Of a stretch of DNA of 54,649 nt, positions 9,134 through 19,064 are shown piece by piece. The stretch's first letter is position 1. The number at the start of each line of letters is the position of its first letter. The position numbers and the translations under genes are program-made. Origin of the DNA: a virus (taxonomy: Duplodnaviria; Caudoviricetes); the IMG/VR virus record IMGVR_UViG_3300012890_000076, positions 1 to 54,649 of that record; one strand, written 5' to 3'. The notes under the pieces were generated by a model. It ran no database searches. It saw only the letters and a list, made by a program, of their open reading frames with translations, and had not been told where the DNA came from.

Positions 9134-9471
9134 GGGACGATCTGGCCTTTGACAGGGAATGTTGAGACGCCGGCGAAGGGGTCACCGGGAGCGCCCGCGA
9201 CCTGTTTGAACGACAGGATCTCCAGGCTTCCGCCGGGGGCATCCGGCTGAACCCTGGGCTGCTTAAGCTCCACCGGCAGGGCGGGGGTGATGATCCGCTC
9301 GCCCTCCTTCGTCGCGGTCGCGGCGTTGTTGCCGCTGAACAGGTTTGCGGTCTGCGGCGCGTTCGCCTCGGTCGTCGGCGAGCCGTACGTCGGCAGTGCC
9401 GGGTTCGGCCCGGGCGCCCCGGCGACGTCCTGGATGAGCGAGACGAGAGGGTCGGTGGACTTGGCCATCAT
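9130..9471 (-). CDS. Hypothetical tail-region protein
   Basis: ATGA overlaps on both sides; start MMAKST. Confidence 0.65.
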   Translation of the reverse strand: MMAKSTDPLVSLIQDVAGAPGPNPALPTYGSPTTEANAPQTANLFSGNNAATATKEGERIITPALPVELKQPRVQPDAPGGSLEILSFKQVAGAPGDPFAGVSTFPVKGQIVP

Positions 9472-11558
9472 GGCTCTCCCTGGTCGGTGAGGCGGATGCC
9501 GCGCGGGCACCACACCATGTCCGCGATGACGGTCCCCTTCCGGTCGACGACTGGCGCCACGACGAGCGGGCGCATCGCGAGCTCGACGTCCGTGTCGCCG
9601 AGGCCGTCGACGCTCATGGGGTCCTGTGCGGTCGCCGCGAGCGTCTTCCACTTGGCGATCTGCTCGTCGGCCTGGTTCCGCTTCCGGTAGCTGCCGCCGA
9701 GCGAGTAGCCGGGGTCCGAGAGCGCCGCCGGGTTCACGTTGAGGCGCAGGTCCTCCATCGCGAGCGTCCATTCGATGTCGGGACCGGCCGTGAGGTGGGG
9801 GGTGCCCTCCTCGACGTAGCCAGACTCGACGTACCCAGGTGCCACGTAGCTGCCGGCCGAGGCCTCCCTGGCCACGCCCTCGATGCCGGTGCCGGTGGGC
9901 ACGGCGAGCGTCAGCGTCACGGTCTCGCCGTCGTCACCGTGCCACCGCTCCTCGGCGCGCATGAGATAGCCGATGACTGGCTTGAGCTCGTCGGTGTCCT
10001 GCCTGCCGGGCAGCAAGATACGGATGGCGTCGATGAGGTCGAGGTCGACGCCGCCGGTCAGGTCCAGGAGATCGGCACGCTGCGCGGTGACGGTGACCGT
10101 CCACTCCATGAGCCTGTCCAGCCCGACCACGGCCATGCGCAGGAGTTGGTTCGCGATGGTCCCGCACCCACGGATGGTGGGCAGGAACTCGACGGCGGCC
10201 GGGTCGGCGAGCGCCGGCGCCACGTCCAACGGGATCCAGCGGGGATCGCGGACGCTAGTGACCGTGCCGGCGCTGAACTTCCCGACGGACTGGGATAGCC
10301 AGAACCCCGTGAGGCCGTCCACGCTCGCGCGGAATGCCTGGCCGCCCATGAGGACTGTATCGTCGCGGTTGTAGACCCGGTCGTCCTCGAACGGCCCGAG
10401 GCCGGACAGGCCCTCGATGCCGTGGGGGTCGCTGATCTGGACGTTCCCAAGGTCGACGAAGTCCACGACGCCCGTGGCGCCCGGCTGGATCGGGAACCTC
10501 AGCACGAGATCGAGGACCTCGCGGAGGGGTTGGTTCCACGAGTACGTCGCGAGCCAGGTGTCGAACAGGAACCGCTTGCTCTTGAGCCGGACGCTCTCCG
10601 TATGCCGCTGCGTGAACACCGGCCCGTACAGCGTGTCCGTCCTGGTGGTCGGCGGCGTCGTGTTGAGAAGCGTCTGGACGTAGCTGATGCGGCGGTACTG
10701 GACCTCCCATGCCCGGCCGGTATCGAGGGCCGCGGTCTGGCTCTCATACGTCCGGACGCCAGGCTGGCCGATGCTCCAGCCCGCGTTCTGGCTCAGGCCG
10801 CCGCTGCCGCTGCTGCCATAGCCGGTGAGGCTGGTGACTTCCCCAATCCAGGGACCGATGTTGCACGTGCCCCGGGCCGCGATGTTGAATGCCGAGATGA
10901 GCTTGCACCTGACCTCGCGCACTGCCCCCTTACCCGGCGTGACCTGGAGGCTGTCGGGGTCATAGACGTCGGCGATGTTGAGGACGCGCCGGCGCGTGCG
11001 GTGCATCCGCCAGGTCATCGCGTGGGTGACCGGATCGCAGTGCCAGTAGCCATGCCGCGTGAGGGGGATGCTGTCGGCGAGATACTCCAGGCGGCCCCTG
11101 AGGCGGTCCTGGTAGGGCAACTGCTCGGCGGTCGGGTCGGTGTCCCGAAGCGTCCCGTCCTCGTCGTACTCGCTCGGAAGCGGCACGCCGATCATGCCGG
11201 CGGCGACGACCTCCTTGGCGTCACGCACGGCGTCCGCATCCGGCGAGCATTCGACGTTGAGGGTGATGGTCTCGCCCGATACCGCCGGCGGCAGGCTGCG
11301 AATGGTCCCACGGCCGAGGATCCGCATCCCGGCAAGCGTCCCGTCGTCAGACTCGACGAGGGCACAGTAACGGGTCTGACCCGTCTCCCAGAGCTCCCAC
11401 CCCGGATTGTCGAGATCGACCGTCAGGTACGGCAGACCGTCGCGACCGCGGTTCCGGACGAACGACATGACTAGGTCGTCGGTGCCCTCGTCGTAGAGCA
11501 TCGCCTGCGTGATGGGCTGCTGAACGTCGTCCAGCCAGATGAGGTACGGCAGCGTCAT
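9468..11558 (-). CDS. Putative tail tip/hub protein
   Basis: About 696 aa, two genes after the tape measure; ATGA-coupled start MTLPYLIW. Confidence 0.7.
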   Translation of the reverse strand: MTLPYLIWLDDVQQPITQAMLYDEGTDDLVMSFVRNRGRDGLPYLTVDLDNPGWELWETGQTRYCALVESDDGTLAGMRILGRGTIRSLPPAVSGETITLNVECSPDADAVRDAKEVVAAGMIGVPLPSEYDEDGTLRDTDPTAEQLPYQDRLRGRLEYLADSIPLTRHGYWHCDPVTHAMTWRMHRTRRRVLNIADVYDPDSLQVTPGKGAVREVRCKLISAFNIAARGTCNIGPWIGEVTSLTGYGSSGSGGLSQNAGWSIGQPGVRTYESQTAALDTGRAWEVQYRRISYVQTLLNTTPPTTRTDTLYGPVFTQRHTESVRLKSKRFLFDTWLATYSWNQPLREVLDLVLRFPIQPGATGVVDFVDLGNVQISDPHGIEGLSGLGPFEDDRVYNRDDTVLMGGQAFRASVDGLTGFWLSQSVGKFSAGTVTSVRDPRWIPLDVAPALADPAAVEFLPTIRGCGTIANQLLRMAVVGLDRLMEWTVTVTAQRADLLDLTGGVDLDLIDAIRILLPGRQDTDELKPVIGYLMRAEERWHGDDGETVTLTLAVPTGTGIEGVAREASAGSYVAPGYVESGYVEEGTPHLTAGPDIEWTLAMEDLRLNVNPAALSDPGYSLGGSYRKRNQADEQIAKWKTLAATAQDPMSVDGLGDTDVELAMRPLVVAPVVDRKGTVIADMVWCPRGIRLTDQGEP

Positions 11559-12109
11559 GCCAGCACGACCAGCGTCAGGCCCCAGCCCTGGCGTCCCTCG
11601 ATCTCGGTCATCGTGCCATCGTCGATGGCCAGGACCTGACAGGGATAGATGGGCCTGTAGCGGACAATGACGTCGGTCCCCGGGATCGAATCGATCGTCA
11701 CAGTCTTCCCGACGACGGTGACCGGCACACGGGTATTCGTGTCGGCACGGTGCGCGATGACCGCATATCCGGACGCCTTCTTTGCGTCCGGGCACGGCGT
11801 GTAGCGGAGCACCACGTTCGTCAGGCCGGCCGGGATGACGGCGCCCTGGAAATGGATGGACTGGAGGAGGACGGGATCCCGAACGCGCAGGTGCTCCCAG
11901 CCCGGCGGCAAGCGATCCTTGCAGGTCAGCGTGATCTGGTGGATGCGCAGGTGCCTGGGACCGAAGATCTTCGGCACGCCCCGCCAGGTCGTCTTCACGG
12001 TGTGCTTCTGGAGGTCCTCGTGGGCCTCCTCGATGCCGAGCTCGGCGCCCGCCGCGAGGGGGACGCCCGAGATGCGGGCCCGGGTGTGCCAGGGAATCTG
12101 GGTGGCCAT
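11555..12109 (-). CDS. Putative distal tail protein
   Basis: Directly downstream of the tape measure; beta-rich 184 aa. Confidence 0.6.
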   Translation of the reverse strand: MATQIPWHTRARISGVPLAAGAELGIEEAHEDLQKHTVKTTWRGVPKIFGPRHLRIHQITLTCKDRLPPGWEHLRVRDPVLLQSIHFQGAVIPAGLTNVVLRYTPCPDAKKASGYAVIAHRADTNTRVPVTVVGKTVTIDSIPGTDVIVRYRPIYPCQVLAIDDGTMTEIEGRQGWGLTLVVLA

Positions 12110-12112
12110 CGG

Positions 12113-15100
12113 TCAGGTTCCGAAACGGTTGGAAGCGGCCCGGGCGCGGGCGAGTGCGTCTTGGTCCATGTAGCCAGGCACCCGGGCGGTCTCGCCGTCG
12201 GCCGACTTGAGCTCGAACACCACCGGCACGGGCGGGATCTGGCTGCGCGGGCCGTCGTACGCCGGCGGCTCCGTCCGAATGGGGCTCGGGGGCGGCGCGA
12301 CGTAGGCCTGGGCGAGGATGTCCGGGCGGCCGCGCTCAGCGGCGAGCGTCCGCTCCCACTCGACGGCGGCCTGGGCGCGCTCCCGGGCAAGCTGGTTCCC
12401 GAGCGGGGAGGCCCCGCCGACCTCGGCGTTCCGGGCGAACTGTCCCTCGACCTCCTTCAGCTTGCCGTCCGTGTCGTTGACCCAGTCGGCGAGCTTGCCC
12501 GTCCAGTCCTTGAGGAAGCTCAAGGGGCCGTCGTTCTGGGCGAGCTTGTAGACGCCCACCCCGCCGGCGACGCCGCCGAGGATGGCCATGCCCCAAGGCG
12601 TAGCGGCGAGCGCGCCGACCGCCTGGAGCTTCGTCAGGAGCCCGCCCAGCGCCGCCGTCAGGCCCCCAACCGCGGTTGCGGCGCCACCCGCCCCGGCGGA
12701 CACGGCCCCGCCGAGACCGAGGAATGCCGCGATCCACTTGAGCGGCTTCATGACCACGCCGAGAGCCATGCTCAGGCCGCCGAGCGTGCCGGTAAGCTTG
12801 AGGAAGGCCAGGAAGAAAAGGGCGCTCTCAAGGTTGATGCCGGACAACCCGACGATGGCGAACATCTGGTCGTAGACGGCCCTGAACCAGCCCCAGCCCT
12901 CCTTCGCGGCGTTGGCTACGAACAGGAAGCTGTCGGCGAGGCCCTTGGCATTGCCGAAGTTGAGGCCATCGAGCGCCGCCTGGGCGTCCTTCGCCGGCGC
13001 GCCGATCTGCGACCACACCAACGCGACGTCGGCGCCGACCTGCTGGAACCAGATCTGCCAGTTGCCGATGTAAGCCTTGAGGTCGTCGAGCGACTTCATC
13101 ATGCCGGCGAATGCCTGGCCCGGGCCGGTCATGGCCTCGCGGTCCCCGGCCCACACGGCGCCGAGGTCGGCCCACACGCGCCTCACGTCGTGCACGAACG
13201 TGATGACCTTCTCCTTGGCCGCCGGGATCCAGGCGAACTGATAGGACCCGACGTCCTGGTCGTTGCCGGTCAGCGCCGCCTTTAGCTCGAACGCCAGGCG
13301 CTGCGCCTGCGGGATGACCGCCGCGATGCTGTCCCGGATCTTGAGGAGCCACGGGAACTCGGTGACCTGCTGCCGGTCGTTGACGGCCGCGTAGAACACC
13401 TCGCCCGCGAACCGGCCGACGGCGCCGATGGCGGTCCGCAGCTTGATCAACCACGGGAACTCGGTGACCAGGGCATCGTCGCCGCCGATGGTGAGGATGA
13501 CCTCACGCGCCAGCCGCCCGGCCGCGAACAGGCCGGTCTGGAGATGCTTGACCCAGGGCATCTGGACGTTCGCGATCTTGTCCCCGGACATGGCGGCGAA
13601 CAGGGTCTTGACGGATGGCCACGCCTTCCGGGCGAGGTAGCCGATCCACGTCAGGCCGTTCCGGACGTCGATAAGCCACCGGTGCTTGATGTTCGGCTGG
13701 ATGACGATGCTCTGCATCTCGACGCCGGCCGCCTTGGCCGCGGCCTGGACCTTGGCGGTCTGGGTCGCGACGTCGCCGACGCTGTCATAGACTCCGTCCC
13801 AGCCGCCCTTCACGAGGACGTACAGGTCCGCCGTGTAGCTCAGTAGGGTGTCCGACCCGCGACCGAACGCGTTCGCGACGATGCCCCTGTAGTCGTTCAC
13901 GAGCTCCGCCAAGATGCGGAACGTGGTCGCGATCTGGGCGGACGAGCCGCCGGCAACCGAGTTCATGAACCCGGTCCAGGAGTCCTTGAAGTCAGAGACG
14001 CCACGGCGGGCGTTGTCGAGGGCGCCGATATCCCGCTCGTCGAGGAACGTGCCGGACCGCTGCATGCGCTCCTTGGACTTCGCCAGGAGGTCGGTGTCGG
14101 CCGCCAGGGCCTCGAACAACGGGATCAGCTTGGCCGCGTCGTCCTCGCCGAACATCTGGCTGAGGAACGCCACGCGCTCGGACGAGCCGAGGCGGTTGGC
14201 GGACTGGATCACCTCCAGGAGCGCCGCCTGCGTGCTCTTCACGTTGCCGGCCGCGTCGGTGGCGGAGATGCCGAGGCGTGAGAAATACTTGCCCAAGTCG
14301 CTGTCCGGCGACGTCGCGACGGCTTTCAACTGACCCTGGAACTGGATCAGCGACCCACGGATATCGTCGACCTCGATGTTGTACTTCTTCGCCGCCCCGA
14401 CGAGGGACTGATATGTGTCGAGGTCGAGGCCCGAGGACCGCGACGCGTTGACGATCTGGGCGCTGCGCTCGCTCGCGTCGGAAACCGCCTTGACCGTAAA
14501 TGCGGTCGCCCCGCCGGCCGCGGCTGCCCCGAGGGCCCCGCCCTTGAGCGCCGTGCCGGTTCCGATGCGGGCGACCGACGCGGCGCTGCGGGCCGCCGTC
14601 GTGCCGACGCGTGCCAACATGGACACCGCCGCCCCGCCGAGGTGAAGGGTGAGCTTCGAGGCGGCCGCAAATGCGGACGCGCCGATGCTGGCCACCGCGA
14701 GTGATGCCTTGGTGGCGGTCGAGGTGATGGTCGCGACCCCGGAAGCGGCGGCGCCGATGCCGCGGCCGGTGCCCGTGACCAGGCCGACGGCGAGCGCCCG
14801 GCGGGATGCCACCGTCTTCTCTCGCTCCTTCGCGACGGCCGCGGCCTCCTTGGCGGCCTGCTTCTCGGCGGCGGCCGTGGCCCGGGCCGCCTTCTCGGTC
14901 GCGCGGACGTCGTCGAGCTTCTGGCGCCGGGCGTCGCGATCTTGCTTGTCGGCGGCCCGGTCGGCAGCGCGACGGTCGCGGTCGGCCTGGCGATCCGCCT
15001 TGTCCGCGTCCCGCTCCGCCTTCCGCTCCGCGTCCCGTTCGGCCTTCGCCAGCGTCGCTGCGGCCTTGTCGTCCGCCCGGCGCTGGGCCGCGGCCGCGGA

Positions 15101-18100
15101 GGCAGCCTGGCGGTCCGCCTTATCGGCCGCGCGCTCAGCGGCACGAGCGGCGTCCCGGGCGGCACGGTCAGACTCCCGGGCGGCCTTCTCGATGGCCCGG
15201 CGCTCAGCGGAGGTCTTAGCCGCGGCGAGGCGCTCGGCCTTATCCGCGGCCCTCTCGGCCGCGCGCGCGGCGTCCCGGGCGGCACGGTCGACGAGCCGGG
15301 CGGCCTTCTCCTCCGCGCGCAGCCGGGCGGCCTCGGCCGCAGCGGCCTGGCGCTCGGCCTTCTCGGCGGCCCGCTCCGTCTCACGCTCCTGGGCGCGCTT
15401 CGTCCGCTCGGCCTTGTCGGCGGCGCGCTGGGTCGCGGCGCGCTTCCGGTCGGCGGCGCGCTCCTCACGATCCGCCTGGCGGTCGGCCTCACGCTTGGCG
15501 GCGATGGCTTCCCGAGCGGCACGCTCCTCAGCCTGAGCCGCCTTCCGGGCAGCCGCTTCAGTTGCCTGCCGGCGCAGGTCCGCCTCGCGCTCGGCGATCC
15601 TCGTCATCTTCTTTTCGAGGGCCTCGCGCTCCGCGATCTCCTCCCGGGCAAGGCGGACGCGCTCCGCCGCGGCGACCTCGGCCGCGGCGACGGAAGCCTT
15701 CCCGTTCGCGAGCTCGTTGCGGTACGCGGCGGTCGCGGCCTTAGCGCGCTCCAACGCAATAGTGCGTTCAGCCTTCGCAGACTCCAGCGCATCCATCCTG
15801 GCCCGGGCCTGGGCCTCGGACGCGACAGGCTTGTTGTACGCCTTCTGGGCGGCGTCTTGGCGGGTCTTGGCGGCCGCGGCGAGGGCGGCCGCATCGTCGG
15901 CAGCCTGTTTCGCGCGGGCCTCACGGGCGGACGCCGAGGCCCTGGTGTCCCCGATGTGGGACCGGGCCTCGTCCTCCGCTTCGCGAAGGATGCGGGCGTT
16001 CTCGCGGGCCGACAGGATGGCGGCCTCGCGCACGCCCTTCGCGTCGGTCGGCTTCCGGATGGCCGGGGCCCGGGCGGCGGCCGCACGGATCTCAGCCTCC
16101 TCCATGGACACGCGCGTCAGGGCCCGCTCCAGGGCCTCCCGGCGCAAGGTCTCCTGCTCGGCCGCATGGATCGCGGCGGCCGCCTCCTGCTCGTCCAGCC
16201 GGGTCCGGATGGCCGCTTGAATGCGGGCTTCCTCGGTCATCCGATCTTCGGAAACCTTGCGGACACGCTCCTCATCGAGGCGCAGGGCCGCGGCCCGGCG
16301 CGCCTGCTCTTCGGCCCTGGCCTCGGAGCCGATCCCCTGCTCGGCGCGTAGCTCGGCCCGGCGCGCGAGGGCGGCCTCGACCGCCTGGCGCCGGGACGCG
16401 AGAGCCTGGCCCCTGAGAGCCTCGTCCCGCTCGTCGTCCGGATTGAGACCCTTCACCACCCGGCGGGCCCCGGCGGCATCGGCACGTGCCAGGGCGAGCC
16501 GCTGCCGGGCGACGGTGACGGCGGGATCCTCCCCGACGCGGGAGGGCTGGGCCTTCGCCCGGACGGCGACTTCGGCGACGACGGCCCGGGTGACGGTCTT
16601 CTCCAGCGCGATGCGCTCGGCCGCGGCGGCACGCTCCGCGCGGACCTGGAGCATGGCCTCGCCCTCGACGGCGGCCGTGGCCGCCCGGGCCGCCGCGTAG
16701 GCATCCCGGACACGCTTCCGGTAATCGAGGGCGCGCATGACGGCCTGGCGCCGGTCGCGCGCCGCCTGACGGAGTTCGGCCTCGCGATCCTGCGCGGTCT
16801 CGGCCTGTCCCTCCGGACCGGCGGCCCATGCCTGGGTCGCGAGGAGCTCGGCCTTCTGCTGGCGGGCCTTGGCCCGGGCATCGAGGAGGGCGGAACGGGA
16901 TCCCCTCGTCAGGTCCGCATTGCGGTAACGGGCGAGGCGGGTGTCCCTGTCGCCGGGCATGTCGTCCTCGACGCCGGCGACGCGCGCTGCGGCGACGGCC
17001 GCACGGACCCGGGCCCGGGCGGCGAGGCGCTGCTCGACGAGGGCGCGTCGCTTGGCTTCGTATTCGGCCATGCCGTCGGGACCGAGGTCCTGGTCCCGGC
17101 TCATGGCGCGGACCTCGCGCCACGGCTTCCTGAGGGCTGCCAGGTCGGTCCGGGCGTCGGCACGACGTCGGGCCTCGGCCGTGGCATAGACCCCGTCGGT
17201 GGCTGCCGCGCGTGCGACGGCGGCGGCACGTAGCTGGATCTCCTCGGCCCGACGCTCCTCAGCCTGAGCGGCGGCACGGGCGGCACGGGCCTCATCGGCG
17301 GCGGCCTGGGCGGCGGCCCTCTCGGACGCCTCGCGCTCACGGTTGATCCGCGCGTCGACAACGGCCTGAGCACGTGCGGCCGCAGCCTCCCGGGCGGGTG
17401 CGTCTGCCTGATCGAGAACGCCCTTGGCCGTGGCGGCGGCGCGGGCATCGCGCAGCCGGGCTCGGGCCGCGAGGGAAGCCTGGGCTGCGGCGACGCGTTG
17501 GTCCCGGGCGGCATGTGCCGCGGCGAGGGCCTCGTCAGATCCGTCCCGTGTGTAGTCCTCAACCGCCAGCCTGTAGTCGACACGGGCGCCACTCGACGCG
17601 CTTCGGGCGGTCTGCATGTCGGCACGGGCAGACTGCACGCCGGCGATGGCAGCCTTGCCCCCGGCCGGAAGCCGCTTCTTCGCGGCCTTGGCCTCGGCCA
17701 TGACGCGGACGTCGATCTGCTCCTTGGTGACGGCCGTGAGCTTCCGCTGGAGGGCCTCCTGCTCGCGCTCGGCGGCCTCGGCGACGGCCACCATCTCGCG
17801 GGCGGCCGCCTTCTCGGCGCGGAGCTCGGCACGGTCTTGGAGACGGGTCTGGACGGCGGCCCGGCGGGCGGCGGTCGCGGCCTGCAACTCGTCGGAGCGA
17901 GCCATGGCCTCCGACATGTCGGCGTTGTCGAGAGCGCCCCGGGCCTTGCGCTGGTTGACCCGCGCCAGGTCCGCGCGCCACTTGCCGGCGGCCGCCAGGT
18001 TCTGGGCCTCCTGGACCCGCATGGCCGCGGCGGCCCGGGCGGCATCGGCGGCCGCGCGGGTCGAGTTGGCGGACGACGCCGAGGTGGCGCTGTCCATGCC

Positions 18101-18202
18101 CTTGAGGACGCGGGCCGTCTCCGCGAAGTCGCGGCGGATGACATCGAGCCCCGCGATGCTGAAGTTCGCCCTAAAATCGGCGACCTCCTTCCTCATCGTC
18201 AT
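12113..18202 (-). CDS. Tail tape measure protein (2029 aa)
   Basis: Follows the tail chaperones; Ala-rich helical; core SGLDLDTYQSL...FSRLGIS...MFGEDDAAKLIP; W/FPW-spaced repeats; Gly/Ala hydrophobic stretches. Confidence 0.9.
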   Translation of the reverse strand: MTMRKEVADFRANFSIAGLDVIRRDFAETARVLKGMDSATSASSANSTRAAADAARAAAAMRVQEAQNLAAAGKWRADLARVNQRKARGALDNADMSEAMARSDELQAATAARRAAVQTRLQDRAELRAEKAAAREMVAVAEAAEREQEALQRKLTAVTKEQIDVRVMAEAKAAKKRLPAGGKAAIAGVQSARADMQTARSASSGARVDYRLAVEDYTRDGSDEALAAAHAARDQRVAAAQASLAARARLRDARAAATAKGVLDQADAPAREAAAARAQAVVDARINREREASERAAAQAAADEARAARAAAQAEERRAEEIQLRAAAVARAAATDGVYATAEARRRADARTDLAALRKPWREVRAMSRDQDLGPDGMAEYEAKRRALVEQRLAARARVRAAVAAARVAGVEDDMPGDRDTRLARYRNADLTRGSRSALLDARAKARQQKAELLATQAWAAGPEGQAETAQDREAELRQAARDRRQAVMRALDYRKRVRDAYAAARAATAAVEGEAMLQVRAERAAAAERIALEKTVTRAVVAEVAVRAKAQPSRVGEDPAVTVARQRLALARADAAGARRVVKGLNPDDERDEALRGQALASRRQAVEAALARRAELRAEQGIGSEARAEEQARRAAALRLDEERVRKVSEDRMTEEARIQAAIRTRLDEQEAAAAIHAAEQETLRREALERALTRVSMEEAEIRAAAARAPAIRKPTDAKGVREAAILSARENARILREAEDEARSHIGDTRASASAREARAKQAADDAAALAAAAKTRQDAAQKAYNKPVASEAQARARMDALESAKAERTIALERAKAATAAYRNELANGKASVAAAEVAAAERVRLAREEIAEREALEKKMTRIAEREADLRRQATEAAARKAAQAEERAAREAIAAKREADRQADREERAADRKRAATQRAADKAERTKRAQERETERAAEKAERQAAAAEAARLRAEEKAARLVDRAARDAARAAERAADKAERLAAAKTSAERRAIEKAARESDRAARDAARAAERAADKADRQAASAAAAQRRADDKAAATLAKAERDAERKAERDADKADRQADRDRRAADRAADKQDRDARRQKLDDVRATEKAARATAAAEKQAAKEAAAVAKEREKTVASRRALAVGLVTGTGRGIGAAASGVATITSTATKASLAVASIGASAFAAASKLTLHLGGAAVSMLARVGTTAARSAASVARIGTGTALKGGALGAAAAGGATAFTVKAVSDASERSAQIVNASRSSGLDLDTYQSLVGAAKKYNIEVDDIRGSLIQFQGQLKAVATSPDSDLGKYFSRLGISATDAAGNVKSTQAALLEVIQSANRLGSSERVAFLSQMFGEDDAAKLIPLFEALAADTDLLAKSKERMQRSGTFLDERDIGALDNARRGVSDFKDSWTGFMNSVAGGSSAQIATTFRILAELVNDYRGIVANAFGRGSDTLLSYTADLYVLVKGGWDGVYDSVGDVATQTAKVQAAAKAAGVEMQSIVIQPNIKHRWLIDVRNGLTWIGYLARKAWPSVKTLFAAMSGDKIANVQMPWVKHLQTGLFAAGRLAREVILTIGGDDALVTEFPWLIKLRTAIGAVGRFAGEVFYAAVNDRQQVTEFPWLLKIRDSIAAVIPQAQRLAFELKAALTGNDQDVGSYQFAWIPAAKEKVITFVHDVRRVWADLGAVWAGDREAMTGPGQAFAGMMKSLDDLKAYIGNWQIWFQQVGADVALVWSQIGAPAKDAQAALDGLNFGNAKGLADSFLFVANAAKEGWGWFRAVYDQMFAIVGLSGINLESALFFLAFLKLTGTLGGLSMALGVVMKPLKWIAAFLGLGGAVSAGAGGAATAVGGLTAALGGLLTKLQAVGALAATPWGMAILGGVAGGVGVYKLAQNDGPLSFLKDWTGKLADWVNDTDGKLKEVEGQFARNAEVGGASPLGNQLARERAQAAVEWERTLAAERGRPDILAQAYVAPPPSPIRTEPPAYDGPRSQIPPVPVVFELKSADGETARVPGYMDQDALARARAASNRFGT

Positions 18203-18218
18203 GGCGGGGGCTCTCCTG

Positions 18219-18635
18219 TCAGTCGGTCCGGGCTCGGACCCATGCCTCGTACGCCTTGGGATCGGCGCTCATTCCCGCCATGACGGCGGCTGCGATCCGG
18301 GCCTGCTCCTCCCCCTCCTGCGCGACCTTGACCGCCGTCAGGGCCCGGACCTCCGCCATGGACAGGTTCCATGCCGAGAGGCCGATGCCGGTGAGCGAGA
18401 GGGCCATCGTCATCTCGACGATCCGGATGAACTGGGCGCGCCGGGGGTCCCGGATTACCGGGGCTTGCGGGCCCTGGGCTTCGGCTTCGTCCTCGTCCTC
18501 GCCTTCGAAGCTGTCCTCGTCGAAGGCGTCGGCGTCGGCTTCTGCGAGGACCCGGTCGCTGCCTCCCTCTTCGCCGCCGCCTGCATCGCCGCCATCGGCC
18601 GGCTCTTCATCGAGCGGGCGACCGCGCCGAAAAAA
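18219..18635 (-). CDS. Tail assembly chaperone gpT-like segment, expressed by -1 frameshift from gpG
   Basis: Open -1 frame from the slippery site to just before the tape measure; AWNLSMAEV motif. Confidence 0.7.
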   Translation of the reverse strand, partial: FFRRGRPLDEEPADGGDAGGGEEGGSDRVLAEADADAFDEDSFEGEDEDEAEAQGPQAPVIRDPRRAQFIRIVEMTMALSLTGIGLSAWNLSMAEVRALTAVKVAQEGEEQARIAAAVMAGMSADPKAYEAWVRARTD

Positions 18636-19060
18636 CGCTCGGGGTCGTCTCCCCACGACCCGTACTCGACCGTGTCGAGCGCGACTTCGAGTTCCTCGAT
18701 GGGGCAGTCCGCGATCCAGTCACGGAGCTCCTCGTTGCCGGGGTGGCCGAAGGAGATCGCGAGGAAGGCCGCGTTCGCCTTGAGGGCGGACTGGGCCTGG
18801 GCCTTCTGGAACGCCGCGGCGTCCGGCAGGACGGTGGGCTCTTCGCCCGCCTTGGCCTGCTCGGTCGCGATGGTGATCTCGGCGCCGAACGCGTAGAGCG
18901 CCTGCACGGACGGCAGGGCCGCCACGTGCTCGGTGTACTGCGCCACGGTAACCGGGACCCACGGGATCTCCATCCCGCGGAGGACGACGATGCCGCCCTT
19001 CGCGGGAGTGACCTGGAGGCCCGCCTTGAGCTCGGCGAGCGAGAGGAGCGTACGCGCCAT
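18455..19060 (-). CDS. Tail assembly chaperone gpG-like
   Basis: Lies between the major tail and tape measure genes; contains an in-frame slippery heptamer. Confidence 0.8.
   Translation of the reverse strand: MARTLLSLAELKAGLQVTPAKGGIVVLRGMEIPWVPVTVAQYTEHVAALPSVQALYAFGAEITIATEQAKAGEEPTVLPDAAAFQKAQAQSALKANAAFLAISFGHPGNEELRDWIADCPIEELEVALDTVEYGSWGDDPERFFGAVARSMKSRPMAAMQAAAKREAATGSSQKPTPTPSTRTASKARTRTKPKPRARKPR
18629..18635 (-). other. -1 ribosomal frameshift slippery site T TTT TTC
   Basis: Minus strand GAG CGT TTT TTC GGC is X XXY YYZ in the gpG frame; a -1 shift enters ORF 18219..18656 (FFRRGRP...). Confidence 0.75.
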
Positions 19061-19064
19061 GGGC

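Noticed and set aside
8225-11558. Diversity-generating retroelement or invertase-driven tail fibre switching
   Set aside because: No reverse transcriptase, no template/variable repeat pair and no serine invertase seen
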